Made by a program: the position numbers and the translations under genes. From NCBI RefSeq assembly GCF_035084215.1, contig NC_090340.1, positions 5,518,001-5,582,000 of the forward strand: DNA of 64,000 nucleotides. Reading direction: 5' to 3'. The notes below the pieces were generated by a model. The model was not told the DNA's origin, searched no databases, and worked only from the letters and a program-made list of their open reading frames with translations. Positions 36,776-49,769 of this stretch are shown piece by piece. The number at the start of each line of letters is the position of its first letter. The first letter of the stretch is position 1. Origin of the DNA: Heptranchias perlo (taxonomy: Eukaryota).

Positions 36776-38862
36776 CTAAGGTAGCCAAACTTAGTGGGAG
36801 GATAGAAGATTGGGAAGTCTTCAAAAGACAGCAAAAAGTAACGAAAGGATTGATTAAGAAAGGGAAGTTAGATTATGAAAAGAAATTAGCAAAATATATA
36901 TAAACAGATAGCAAGGGTTTCTATAGTTATATAAAAGGAAAAAGGGTGGCGAAGGCAAACGTAGGTCCCTGAGAGGATGAGACCGGGAAATTAATGGTGG
37001 GAAACATGGAGATGGCAAAAATGCTGAACAAATATTTTGTTTCAGTCTTTACGGTAGAGAACACTAAGAATATCCCAACACTGGACAAACAGGGGGCTCT
37101 ACGGGGGGAGGAGCTAAATACGATTAAAATCACTGAGGAGATGGTACTCAGTAAAATAATGGGACTCAAAGCGGATAAGTCCCCTGGACCTGATGGTTTA
37201 CATCCTAGGGTCTTGAGGGAAGTGGCAGTAGGGATTGTGGATGCTTTGGTGATAGTTTTGCAAAATTCCCTGGACTCAGGAGAGGTCCCGGCAGATTGGA
37301 AAACTGCTAATCTAACACCGTTATTTAAAAAGGGTAGTAGGCAGAAGGCTGGAAATTATAGGCCAGTTAGCCTAACATCTGTGGTGGGTAAAATTTTGGA
37401 GTCTATTATTAAGGAGACAGTAAAGGAACATTTAGATAAGCATAATTTAAAAGGACAAAGTCAGCATGGCTTTATGAAGGGGAAGTCATGTCTGACAAAT
37501 TTGTTTGAGTTCTTTGAGGATATAATGTACAGGGTGGAAAAAGGGGAACCAGTGGACGTAGTGTATTTAGACTTCCAGAAGGCATTCGACAAGGTGCCAC
37601 ATAAAAGATTATTACTTAAGATAAAAAATCACGGGATTGGGGGCAATATTCTGGCATGGGTGGAGGATTGGTTATCGAACAGGAGGCAGAGAGTTGGGAT
37701 AAATGGTTCATTCTCGGACTGGCAGCCAGTAAACAGTGGTGTTCCACAGGGGTCGGTGCTGGGTCCCCAACTCTTTACAATCTATATTAACGATTTGGAG
37801 GAGGGGACCGAGTGCAACATATCAAAATTTGCAGATGATACAAAGATGGGAGGGAAAGTAGAGAGTGAGGAGGACATAAAAAACCTGCAAGGGGATATAG
37901 ACAGGCTGGGTGAGTGGGCGGAGATTTGGCAGATGCAATATAATATTGGAAAATGTGAGGTTATGCACTTTGGCAGGAAAAATCAGAGAGCAAGTTATTT
38001 TCTTAATGGCGAGAGACTAGAAAGTACTGCAGTACAAAGGGATCTGGGGGTCCTAGTGCAAGAAAATCAAAAAGTTGGTATGCAGGTGCAGCAGGTGATC
38101 AAGAAAGCCAACGGAATGTTGGCTTTTATTGCTAGGGGGATAGAATATAAAAACAGGGAGGTATTGCTGCAGTTATATAAGGTATTGGTGAGACCGCACC
38201 TGGAATACTGCATACGGTTTTGGTGTCCACACTTAAGAAAAGACATACTTGCTCTCGAGGCAGTACAAAGAAGGTTCACTCGGTTAATCCCGGGGATGAG
38301 GGCGTGGACATATGAGGAGAGGTTGAGTAGATTGGGACTCTACTCATTGGAGTTCAGAAGAATGAGAGGCGATCTTATTGAAACATATAAGATTGTGAAG
38401 GGGCTTGTTCGGGTGGATGCAGTAAGGATGTTCCCAAAGATGGGTGAAACTAGAACAAGGGGGCATAATCTTAGAATAAGGTGCTGCTCTTTCAAAACTG
38501 AGATGAGGAGAAACTTCTTCACTCAGAGAGTGGTAGGTCTGTGGAATTTGCTGCCCCAGGAAGCTGTGGAAGCTACATCACTAGATAAATTTAAATCAGA
38601 AATATACAGTTTCCTAGAAGTAAAGGGAATTAGTGGTTATGGGGAGCGGGCAGGAAATTGGACATGAAGCTGAGTTCGGATCGGTCAATGCCCTGTGGGT
38701 GGCGGAGAGGGCCCAGGAGCTGAGTGTCCGGGTCCTGCTCCTACTTCGTGTGTTCTTTAGTTTTGTGGTTGGGATCAGATCAGCCATGATCTTATTGAAT
38801 GGCGGAGCAGGCTCGAGGGGCCGATTGGCCTACTCCTGCTCCTATTTCTTATGTTCTTATGT
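36776..38862 (+). mobile_element. Young 5'-truncated CR1 inserted in an older CR1 3' remnant (about 36470-39060)
   Basis: Uninterrupted 557-aa RT ORF, tcttatgttcttatgtt tail; host reads ctcgctgcca | catggagtg across the insertion. Confidence 0.92.
36994..38667 (+). CDS. CR1 ORF2 reverse transcriptase portion (no endonuclease; not a host gene)
   Basis: KSPGPDG, NYRPVSLTS, YLDFQKAFDKV, GVPQGSVLGP, KFADDT. Confidence 0.85.
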   Translation: MVGNMEMAKMLNKYFVSVFTVENTKNIPTLDKQGALRGEELNTIKITEEMVLSKIMGLKADKSPGPDGLHPRVLREVAVGIVDALVIVLQNSLDSGEVPADWKTANLTPLFKKGSRQKAGNYRPVSLTSVVGKILESIIKETVKEHLDKHNLKGQSQHGFMKGKSCLTNLFEFFEDIMYRVEKGEPVDVVYLDFQKAFDKVPHKRLLLKIKNHGIGGNILAWVEDWLSNRRQRVGINGSFSDWQPVNSGVPQGSVLGPQLFTIYINDLEEGTECNISKFADDTKMGGKVESEEDIKNLQGDIDRLGEWAEIWQMQYNIGKCEVMHFGRKNQRASYFLNGERLESTAVQRDLGVLVQENQKVGMQVQQVIKKANGMLAFIARGIEYKNREVLLQLYKVLVRPHLEYCIRFWCPHLRKDILALEAVQRRFTRLIPGMRAWTYEERLSRLGLYSLEFRRMRGDLIETYKIVKGLVRVDAVRMFPKMGETRTRGHNLRIRCCSFKTEMRRNFFTQRVVGLWNLLPQEAVEATSLDKFKSEIYSFLEVKGISGYGERAGNWT

Positions 38863-39497
38863 TCACATGGAGTGATTAAAGCGATTCGCATTGATGCATT
38901 TAAAGGGAAGCAAAATAATGCATGAGGGAGAAAGGAGTATAAGGGTATTTTGTTAGGCTGAGGTAAAGTAAGCAGGAAGAGGCTCATGTGGAGCATGAAC
39001 ACCGACATCGATCTGTTGGGACAAATTATGCTATACAATTCTATGCCATTCTATGATACATTTAAGGCATAGCTTACATGAGGGAGAAGAGAATAGAGAG
39101 ACATGGGGGTAGTATGGAAAGAGGTAATTCATGTGGGAGGAGGGGTGTGTGTATAAACATCGGCGCAGTCAAGTTCAGCCAAATGGCTTGTTTCTATGCT
39201 GTTTTTTAAATGTAATTTTATGTAATGAAGAATTAGAGTTGAATTTCCGCGGCGTGTTCCCGCTTCGCTGCCCAAACCTGTGGAGAAGAGACACGGAAAA
39301 CTAAAAAAATCGTCGCTGACCTTTGTTTATAATTATCGAATCAGGATTGAATTATTGATTTAATTAATTGTACTCATTAAATTGCAATTAAACTGCGTCC
39401 TGCATTTGTCTTTTTTTGGCGTTTGGATTAATTTCATTTATTGATTCATTGACCACGCGCAAGGAGATTTTGTTCACATTGTTCCGTTTTCTGCCAG

Positions 39498-39554
39498 AAG
39501 ATGGCACTACTACACTATGTAAACTGGAAAACAACAGCAGCAATATGAATGACG
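39498..39554 (+). CDS. Candidate 57-nt phase 1-1 cytoplasmic exon of an upstream gene
   Basis: ttccgttttctgccag | AA GAT GGC ... GAC G | gtaagt; reads xDGTTTLCKLENNSSNMND (the first residue depends on the upstream exon). Confidence 0.45.
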
Positions 39555-40459
39555 GTAAGTTGCAGGCGACAGAATTTCCGTGCAATTCTCCCAATTTCCC
39601 ACCAACGTCGGCGGACACACTGGAGAAGTGACGTTATGGTCCGTCGTTCCGGCAATCTTCATTGACGTTATGGCGGGATTTTGGGAGAATCGGCAGGGAA
39701 ATTACAGGCATTCGACTGATCGCTAATTACATCCATCCAACTATATTATTAAATTGGGCCTGATAGGTTTAAGGCTAGCCGTAATTTTTTATGTAACTGG
39801 CTTATTTTAATTTGCCTCGGGGTTATTTTGGACTACGTGGGAGATCCAGGTTGAAATTTGAGGTGCATTGGTGGAAAAAAAATTGAAGCTGCTGCAAGGG
39901 TGGAGGAACCCGGCCGATACAAACTGTCAGTGTGAAACCAGAAGGGGGACTCAGCGTGATGCTCGGCATGCCATTTTTCCAAAGTTCTTCACATGACAAC
40001 TTCGATTGTGTAGTTGGCGAAGATTAAAGCGGCTGTCCGCAATTGCACTTTAACCTCTGGAAATCTTATAGTTGGCATGATGCAAGCTGCCCTGAATAAA
40101 CCCTTCTACCACACTGAAAGCAAATGAGAATTATTTTGCCCATGAGGCAAACTCACATAATTTTGATAAGAACTGTTGGAAGGCATTAGCCACACATTGG
40201 GAACGAGCACAGAAACACTTATAGTCTACTTTTCCTGTTACTTGACACTGCGTTTACCATATTCAGTTACTTGTGTGAGAATAATGCACAGGATGAAAAT
40301 AATTTTGACACAAGGTTCATTCCAGCAAGATGAATCCAGACAAGGCAGATCCCCCCCTACCTGACAACTCAAGTACTCTTTTGCCTTAGTCAGTATATTT
40401 CCACGAAATCACACGTTTTTACTTAATTCATCTGCCAAATGATCATTCGTCTACTGCAG

Positions 40460-40506
40460 GTGGCCCTGGAGACGCTTTATACTCCATGGTGGACTACAAG
40501 TTTTGA
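40460..40506 (+). CDS. Candidate terminal coding exon with ITIM-like motif (GGPGDALYSMVDYKF*)
   Basis: attcgtctactgcag acceptor; phase 1 matches the 39554 donor; YxxV motif close to the stop. Confidence 0.45.
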
Positions 40507-41011
40507 ACTGGTCAAAGGCTTCTGCACAGATGTGACTGGCGAATGGACCCCAACCACTGTTCTAGTCAGCAGATTCCTGCGTCTCTGTTGCCAGTTTCGG
40601 TCGTACTAGACATGCTGCTCTCTGAAGAATATCAATGGACAAATCCTGCCAGACTGGTTTAATATTGCTGGTTTGCGACTAGTAGAGTGTTTGAATCAGT
40701 AGCTATGAACCTCTCGGCTGCTCACTGCGTTTGGTTTTGATTCCTGACTCTTAATCGAAACCCACGGAAAGGCCAAGAGAAGCATGTGTTGCAATCGTGG
40801 TAGCAGCAGGCAACCACTAAGAAGATTCGATTCATCACGCTGCATAAGCAAACTTTTCTGTGATGTATGAAATGCTTTCGAATGAGGAAGTGAACGTGCG
40901 AAGGTGTCAGGAAGCGAAAATAATCTGCATTCGTTCCTATTGGTCTGGAACTTGTCAAATCCCTTCTGTAATACCCACCATAAGTTTGGCCATGGGTTTG
41001 GCACCACGACA

Positions 41012-43882
41012 TCGACCCTGCAAAGTCCTCTTCACTAACATCTGCGGACTTGTGCCAAAATTGGAGACCCGTCCCTCACAGAATCATACCTTTCAGCCAA
41101 AGTCCCAGAATCTTCCATCACCTTCCCTGGGTATGTCCTAACCCACCGGCAGGACAGACCCACCAGAGGTGGCCGTACACTGATATACAATGAGGAGGGA
41201 GTGGACCTGGCAGTACTCAACATTGACTCCTGACCCCATGAAATCGCATGGCATCGGGTCAAACATGGGCAAGGAAATCTCCTGCGGATTCCAACCACCC
41301 TCATCCCTCAGATAATGACTCAGTTCTCCTCCATGTTGAGCACGACTTGGAGGACGCACTGAGGGTAGCAAGGTCACAGAATTTACTCTGGGTGGGGGAC
41401 TTCAATGTCCATCACCAAGGGTGGCTCTGCAGGACCACTACTGACCGAGCTGGCCGAGTCCTGAAGGATATACCTGCCAGACTGGGCCTGCGGCAGGTGG
41501 CGAGCTAACCAACACGAGGGAAAAACTTACTTGACCTCGTTCTCACCAATATACTTGTCGCAGATGCATCTGGCAATGACAGTATTGGTGGGAGTGACAA
41601 ACGCACAGTCCTCGTGGAGAAGAAGTCCGGTCTTCACACTGAGGACACCATCCGACGTGTTGTGTGGCACAACCACCGTGCCAAATGGGATAGATTCAGA
41701 ACAGATCTAGCAGCTCAAAATTGTGCATCCATGTGGGCCATCAGCAGCAGCATAATTGTTTTCTAGCAAAATCTGGAACCTCATCGCCCGGCATATTTCT
41801 CACTCTACCATTGATAACAAGTAAGGGGATCAAACCTGGTTCAACGAGCAGTGTAGAAGCGCATGCCAGGAGCAGCACCAGGCGTACCTAAAAATAAGGT
41901 GCCAACCTGGTGAAGCTACAACTCAGGACTACATGCATGCTAAACAGCGGAAGCAACATGCTATAGACAGAGCTAAGCGATGCCACAACCAACGGACCAG
42001 AACAAAGCTCTGCAGTCCTGCTACAACCAGTCGTGGATGGTGATGGACAATTAAACAACTAATGAGAGGAGGAGGCTCTGTAAACAACCCCATCCTCAAC
42101 GGTGGCAGAGTCCAGCACGTGAGTGCAAAATACAAGGCTGAAGGGTTTGCAACCATCTTCAGCCAAAAGTGCCGATTGGATGATCCATCTCGGGCGCCTC
42201 CCGATATCCCCACCATCACAGAAGCCAATTTTCAGCCAATACGATTCAGTCCACGTGATATCAAGAAACGGCTGAGTGCTCTGGACACAGCAAATTCTAT
42301 GGGCCCCGACAACATCACGGCTGTAGTGCTAAAGACTTGTGCTCCAGAACGAGCCACGCCTCGAGCCAAACTGTTCCATTACAGCTACAACACTGGCATC
42401 TACCCGACAATGTGCAAAATTGCCCAGGTATGTCCTGTCCACAAAAAGCAGGACAAATCCAATCCGAACAATTAGCACCCCCCACCACCACCACCACCAC
42501 GCCCCCCCACCCCAACTCCCCCCCCCCCGCCCCCATCCCCACATCAGTCTACTTTCAATTATCAGCGAAGTGATGGAAGTTGTCATTGACAGTGCTATCA
42601 AGCGGCACTTACTCATCAATAACCTGCTCACTGATGCTCAGTTTGGGTTCCGCAAGGGACACTGGGCTCCAGACCTCATTACAGCCTTGATCCAAACATG
42701 GACAAAAGAGCTGAATTCCAGAGGTGAGGTGAGAGTGGTTGCACTTAACATCAAGGCAGCATTTGACCGAGTAAAATTGAAGTCAATGGGAATCAGTGGG
42801 AATACTCTCCAGTAGCTGGAGTCATACCTAGCACAAAGGAAGATGGTAGTGGTTGTTGGAGGACAATCATCTCAGCCCCAGGACATTGTTGCAGGAGGTC
42901 CTCAGGGTAGTGTCCTCGGCCCAAACATCTTCAGCTGATTCACCAATGACCTTCCCTTCATCATAAGGTCAGAAATGGGGATGTTCTCTGATGATTGCAC
43001 AGCGTTCAGTTAGATTAGCAACCCCTCAAATAATGAAGCATTCCTTGCCCGCATGCAGCAAGACCTGGACAACTTCCAGGCTTGGGCTCATTAGTGGCAA
43101 GTAACATTCGCGCCAGACAAGTGCCAGGCAATGACCATCTCCAACAAGAGAGAGTCTAACCACCTCCCCCTGACAGTCAACGGCATTACCATCACCGAAT
43201 CTCCCAGCATCAACATCCTGGGGGTCACACTTGACCAGAAACTTAACTGGCCCCGCCACATAAATACTTTGGCTACAAGAGCAGGTCGGAGGCTGGGTAT
43301 TCTGCGGCGAGTGACTCATCTCCTGACTCCCTAAAGCCTTTCCACCATCTGCAAGGCATAAGTCAAGAATGTGATGGAATACTCTCCATTTGCCTGGGTG
43401 AGTGCAACTCAAACAACATTCAAGAAGCTCGACACCACCTCGACAAAGCAGCCCGCTTGATTGGCACCCCATCCACCAACCTAAGCATTCACTCGGATCA
43501 CCACTGGCGCACTGTGGCTGCAGTGTGTACCATCCACAGGATGCACTGCAGCAACTCGCCAAGGTTTCTTCGACAGCACCTCCCAAAACTACGACCTCTA
43601 CCACCTAGGACAAGGGCAGCAAGCACATGCAACTACATCAACTGCACGTTCCCCTCCAAGTCACAAACCATCCCGACTTGTAATTATATGGTCGTTCCTT
43701 AATCTTCGCTGGTTCAAAATCCTGGAATTCCCTCCCTAACAGCATTGTGGTAGAACATTCACCACAGGGAATGCAGCATTTAAAGATGGCTGCTCGCCGC
43801 CACCTTCTCAAGGGCAATTAGTGATAGGCAATAAATGCTGGCCACGCCAGCGACGCCGACATCCCATAAACGAATATATAAA
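41012..43882 (+). mobile_element. Family B LINE, whole EN-RT region, degenerate, head missing
   Basis: KVLFTNICGLVPKL, WVGDFNVHH, ALNIKAAFDRV and the family tail at 43805-43875. Confidence 0.9.
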
Positions 43883-44550
43883 AATTATTACATTTCCAAG
43901 TTTTGTCTCATCTATAAACTTTGAAATTATGCCACATATAACCATATCCAGATCATTAATAAATATCAAAAAGAGCAGTGGTCCTGGAAACACCACTATA
44001 TATTTCCCTCCTGCCTGACAAACAAAAGTTAAAGACTACCCTCTGCTTTCTGTCTGTTAATTTCATACCCATTCTGCCACTGCGTGTATAATCCCCATGG
44101 CTTGAATTTTGCTAACGCATCCATTATCTGGCAGTTCATCAAACACAGTTTGAAAGTCCATGTACACAATATGCACAGCACTATCTTCATCAATGCTCTT
44201 TGTTATTTCATCGAAGAACTCAACCAAGTTTGTCAGACACGATGTGCCTTTAACAAATACGCGTTGGTTGCCATTTATTTTCCGTCATTATTAAGCCGTG
44301 TTTTTCTAATTGACAATTAATTTTGTCCGGTATTATGGTCTCAAGATGTTTCCCCACCAGCGACATGAGGCGGTCTGGCCTGTCGTTACCTGTTTTATCT
44401 CGCGCCCATTTTTGAACAGGTTTGTAACATTTGCAATCCTCCAGTGCTCTGGATGCAGTCCTATTTCTAAGGAAGTGCTCCAAAAGCCCGCTTCATTCCC
44501 TATAACTAGATACAGCGCTGCTTCCTACTTCGTTCGTTGGGAATCATACT
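43883..44550 (-). mobile_element. CR1 RT fragment
   Basis: GPLLFLIFINDLD..ISKFIDETKL on the minus strand. Confidence 0.75.
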
Positions 44551-46092
44551 GATCAAGAACGTTCTCCTCTGCACTTTTGAGGGACTCCACCCTCTCCTTT
44601 GTTTTTGCCAGTGTATACTAGCATAATATAAGTCCCCATTATCACTACTCCATTATTGCTACATCTTTCTGAAATATGGTGAACGATTCACACGAGTGTC
44701 AGGCACCCACATATACAGGACAAAGTCAATAACCTGAACGTGTCCCACATATTGAGGCGTGGAGCCCATTGGTAACCAACTCATATGACGAGGCAATTGC
44801 GTGATTGCGATCCAAAGAGTACTTGTGACTTGATAACCTTGTTCCCTTACTGGAGCAGCATCCCCTCCCGCACCTCCACACTCATTCTGGAACATTTTGA
44901 ATGTGGACAATATACTTCCTTTGCATGACGGGAAGCTCTAAAAAGAATTGAAGTGTTGGCGCTGCTTTGTGGCAACCTCATCATTAATAGTAGCCTTTAG
45001 ATAGAAGAATGTTCATTACCTTGCTTCCGTTCATTATTTTGCGAAGTAGTTAATTCCCCTGTGGAAAATGCTTTTGCCACAAAATGCAGCTCCATGGACA
45101 TTTGTGTCAGAACTCAGAAACCGCAAGTTTTACCAAAAAAGGCAAACTGGCGAAGCAGTAATCGTTCAGTAGCCGCATCCAGGACATCCAGGTATTCTGC
45201 ATTATATGGCTTCGTGCCGCAGTAATCAATTGCCTTTGAGTTTTTGACACCACGTATTGCTCCCCGTTTATAAGGCCCGTTCAGCACGAAGTCAGTATAT
45301 TAAATATCAGTAGGAATTCCGCTGACATAGGCAAAGGAGTAAAAAATCCGCCACCGCTCTCAGTTAATGTATGGCGCGGAAAATAAAGATAGCTTTCTGT
45401 AACACCAATTCACAAATTATTAATTTATTTGTTTACTTCTTCATTTCCATATATTTCTCCAATTTCTAATTAAAGTGCTTAACAGTCTCCGTATGAGTAA
45501 TGACTCATGTTGAAGTATTCTACATTCTGATAAACCTCCGTATGGACACCCCCTCTTCGTTTCGTGATAATTCTTAGTCCATGCTCCTTGTTACCAAAGG
45601 AAGCAACGTGTCATTACCCTCCCTAACAGAAGCTTTCATAATTTTCAACAGCTCCCTTAATTCTTTATCAATCTTTTCTGTTCCACTGGAGAAAAGCTCA
45701 CCTGAATCGTTGTTCATGGCTCCAATTTCATATTCGGCAGAGCACACCAATGAATCTTCACTGTACCCTTTCAACGGCATCAAAACTCTTTCCAATAACA
45801 CAACGCTCCGAATCATAGAGTCAAGGAATGAAACAGCGCAGTAGGAGGACATTAAGTCCATCCTGTCTGAGTCGGCTCTTTGAAAGAGGTATCCATTTAG
45901 ACCTATTCCCCTGCCCTTTCCTCATTGTCCTGCAAGTTTATCCCCTGCAAGTATGTGTCCAATTCCCTTCTGAAAGTTTCTATTGAACCAGCTTCCACTA
46001 CACTTTTTGGCAGTGCATTCCAGATCCTAACAACTATGAAGGTTTTGCATAGCTTCCTTGTTTTTGTGCTCTATACCACTATTTGTTAAACA

Positions 46093-47392
46093 GATAAATC
46101 GCCCGGACCGGATGAAATATATCTCGGCCTGCTAAGAGATGCAAGGGAGAAACTAGTGGAGGCACTGACCATCATTTTGCAATCCTCCCTAGCTACAGGT
46201 GTGATGCCGGAGAATTGGAGGACTAATAAGATTGTAGCGTTGTTTAAAAATGGAGAAAGAGATGGACCGAGTAATTATAGGCCAGCCAGTTTAACCTCGC
46301 GGGTGGGCAAATTATTGGAATCGAATCTGTGGCACGGGTAAATCAAGGACAGTTAGCATGGATTTGTTAAGAGAATGTCGTGTCTGACTAACTTGATTCA
46401 ATTTTTTGAGCAGGGTTGAAGGACGGTCGCTGAGGGTAACGTCTTTGATGCAGTCTACATGGATTTTAGCAAGGCTTTTGGCAAGATCCCACATGGCAGA
46501 CTGATAAAAAAGTTAAAACCCATCAGGCTGTTTCCAATGGGGTCCTTAAAGTTTCAGTAATATGTCCCTTACTTTTTGTGGTACAAAATAATGATTTGGA
46601 CTTGAATGTGGGGGTGTGGGTGTGGGGGCGGGGGTGTGGGGGGTGCTTGATCAAGGAGTTTGAGATGTAGTGGAACAAAGGGACGTTGTAGTGCGTGTCC
46701 ACTGATCCCTGAAGGTAGCAGGACAGGTAGATAAGGTGGTTGAAAAGGTATCCGGGATATTTTCCTTTATTAGCGGAGGCATAGAATGTAAGAGCAACGA
46801 GGTTATGCTAGAACTGCATAAAATGTTGGTCAGGCAACAGCGTGAGAAGTGCACACAGTTCTGGCCACCACGTTATGTGAAAGATGTGATTGCACTAAAG
46901 AGTGTACAGAGGAGATTTACGAGGATGTTGCCAGGGCTGGAGAATTTTAGCTATGAGAAAGGATTGGATAGGCTGGGGTTGTTTTCTTTAGAACAAAGGA
47001 GGCTGAAAGGAGATTTAATCGAGGTATATAAAATTATGACGGGACTAGATAGAATGGACATGGAGGACCTATTTCCCTTAACAGAGGGGTCAGTGACCAG
47101 GGGGCGTAGAATTAAATTAATTGGTAGAAGGATATGGCTGGACCGGAGTTGATTTTTTTTCACCCAGAAGGAGGTGGGGGTCTGGAAATCACTGCCTGAA
47201 AGGGTGTTAGAATCAGAATCCCTCAACTCATTTAAAAAGTACTTGGATGTGCACTTGAAGTGCCGTAACCTGCAGGGCTACGGACCAAGTGCTGGAAAGT
47301 GGGATTAAGCTGGATAGATCTCTTTCGGCCGGCATGGACACGATGGGCTGAATGCCCTCCTTCTGTGACGTAACTTTCTATTATTCTATGAC
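46093..47392 (+). mobile_element. Internally deleted CR1 nested in an antisense CR1 remnant (45815-46090 and 47393-47545)
   Basis: NYRPASLTS, QRRFTRMLPGL, ttctattattctatgactctat tail. Confidence 0.8.
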
Positions 47393-48176
47393 TCTATTTA
47401 TAAAGCCAAGGATCCCGTACGCTTTTGTCGCAACCTTCTCAACTTGTACTGCTACCTTCAAACATTTGTGTACGCAGGTCTTGCTGTTCGCTCACCGGCT
47501 TTAAATAGTACCATTCAGTTGATGTTGCATCTTTTCATTCTTCAAATGTGACTCGAATGAAGCCTTGTGAAAATTCAACTTCGCTTCATTTTTTCATGTT
47601 TAATTTTCGAATGAATAAAGCCTAATTTCTATCTGCAGTTCTAACTTGTAAGTATTATTTGTGAGCATCTAACTGGATGTTCACTCAAATTTCCGATATG
47701 TGCTCCCGCTGCATCAAATTCTACCAAGAGACCACAAAGATAATCATTTACAGCAAATTGTTTTTGAAAGATATTCTGTTAAAATCATTCCACTCAACAA
47801 CCCTGACCTTGCGGTTTGGTATTTATATACGAATTGCAAGAACAAACACTCAATGGCTTTGTGACGCTACTGACCCAACGTGAACCACAGGAACCATCTG
47901 CACATCAACTTGTTGTGCAACACGTCCTATTCAGCCGAGCATAAAAGCAAATGGAAACATTCTAGAGCTGACCTCAGGTCAACAAGTGCCTCTTTTTCCA
48001 TTAGGATCTCCATACTTTTGTTAGTTCATAGATGATAGCACTTGTCAAGCCAAGCGTTGTAAATGTTCAGATTTCCACATTTTGCAAAATTTATCGGTAA
48101 ACTGCAGAATCGCTAACGCTCTTTACAGGTAACAACAAAATAAACCAGATCTTCTCTCAGATGGTGCATGTTAATG

Positions 48177-48209
48177 TAATACTAAACACACTAGCTGTGT
48201 TTAGTATTA
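48177..48209. promoter_or_regulatory. Perfect 14-bp inverted repeat with 5-nt loop
   Basis: taatactaaacaca-ctagc-tgtgtttagtatta; the repeat is directly visible, the regulatory role is inference. Confidence 0.4.
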
Positions 48210-49769
48210 GCGTCGGTTCGGTGACTGGTGTGCAGCAACAGAATGGAGCAATCGTCGATTCATTACTTCACAGGCCTTCTGTGACACTCATAATGACGGG
48301 GCTGATGAGGGTTTAACCCCTGGAGAAGTTTCAACAACGTTACAGGTGAGTTGGGCCGAAAATAGTGAAGAATTAAATGAAAGAAACGCTCAAGATCGTC
48401 TGTTCGGCGACAATAATGAGCCAAACGGACCATTTTTTCTAATAAATAGCAATAGTGTTTTAATTTAAATCTAAGTTCATTAACCCGATGCATGAGGCAA
48501 GTATTGTTTTGATTTGAATTTGTGATTTAAGTTATTTGTTGAATTAGCCTTGGGATCCTTCTACCTCCAGATACATTGAGAATGTTTTTATTTTACCTTC
48601 TTGTGATACGGCCTAAGTTGCTATGTATCATTGACAGGCAACTGTAAGTATGAATTTTGAATGAAATGGTGTCCAAATGTTTGCATTCACCTTGGGAACT
48701 AAAATAATAAGGGATAGAATTTCCGCGGGGCTTCCGCCGATATTCCCCCGAAGTCAAGGTGGGAAACGGAGGGACAAAAATGCGCTCCCATTTTCATGTT
48801 GGGATGACGGACTATGGGAGTAATTTCAATTTCTGGCAATCATGTACACAGATTAAATGTTTTCTTAAAATTCAGAGCACGGAGTATTAGACAAATGGGC
48901 AGAAGTGACTCAATTGAGATAAATTTAAAACTCAATTTTACTCCAATAGTTTATCAGACCCTACCAACATTTTACACCCAGACTAACGTCTTAGCTGACT
49001 GACTCTCCAGGTCCACGGCATCTCACGCTGATACTGCTTGTCTTCCGTGAACTCTCGAGTCAATTCGGAACCTGACTGACGAGTTATACTGCCACTTTAT
49101 AACTGAATCTGGTGTAACTACCGCCGTAGAGTTCATAACAAAACAACTAATATCCGTAGTTCATAAAATACCCTTAAATATATAAAAATGACCCGAAGAT
49201 AAATTTGAATTTATCCACAGTTATTCCAACTGCTATCTAATTACCTCCTCTCCCATATGGATTCGTGCTATCAAGACATGGAACTGTAACTCTATCCCTC
49301 AACCCATGGTAGGTCCTCGCCTCCAAAATGTGTTTGTTACACGAATCAGACGGATAGATGGACCTTGAGTACTGAGGAGATCCTCTTCAGGTCAACAACT
49401 AACTCATTAATCAGATGCTGTAGAATCAATTAGTTCTTGAAACACTGAACACACGCAATATTCATTCTTCCTGGTGGGTAAAGAAGTGATGATTCATGAA
49501 CTTGTGAGCTCATTTACAATTTTAATAAGCTCCACCCTTTTTTTATTAACACAGCCTCCTTGTTCCTGGTACCGTTTCTGCTCACAGCTAAACCCACAGA
49601 TCTTATCGTAAAAGACATGCATTTCTCCAATCCGCCATTAAAAAGTCATGTGACATTTGACGCCACAAATAAGTTTGAGATTATATTAGATACAAAGCCG
49701 CCCATTCCGCAAATCTTCCTCCATCCCGTTCTTATTCACAACGGATCTAGCGCAGTTTTATTGCCCAAT

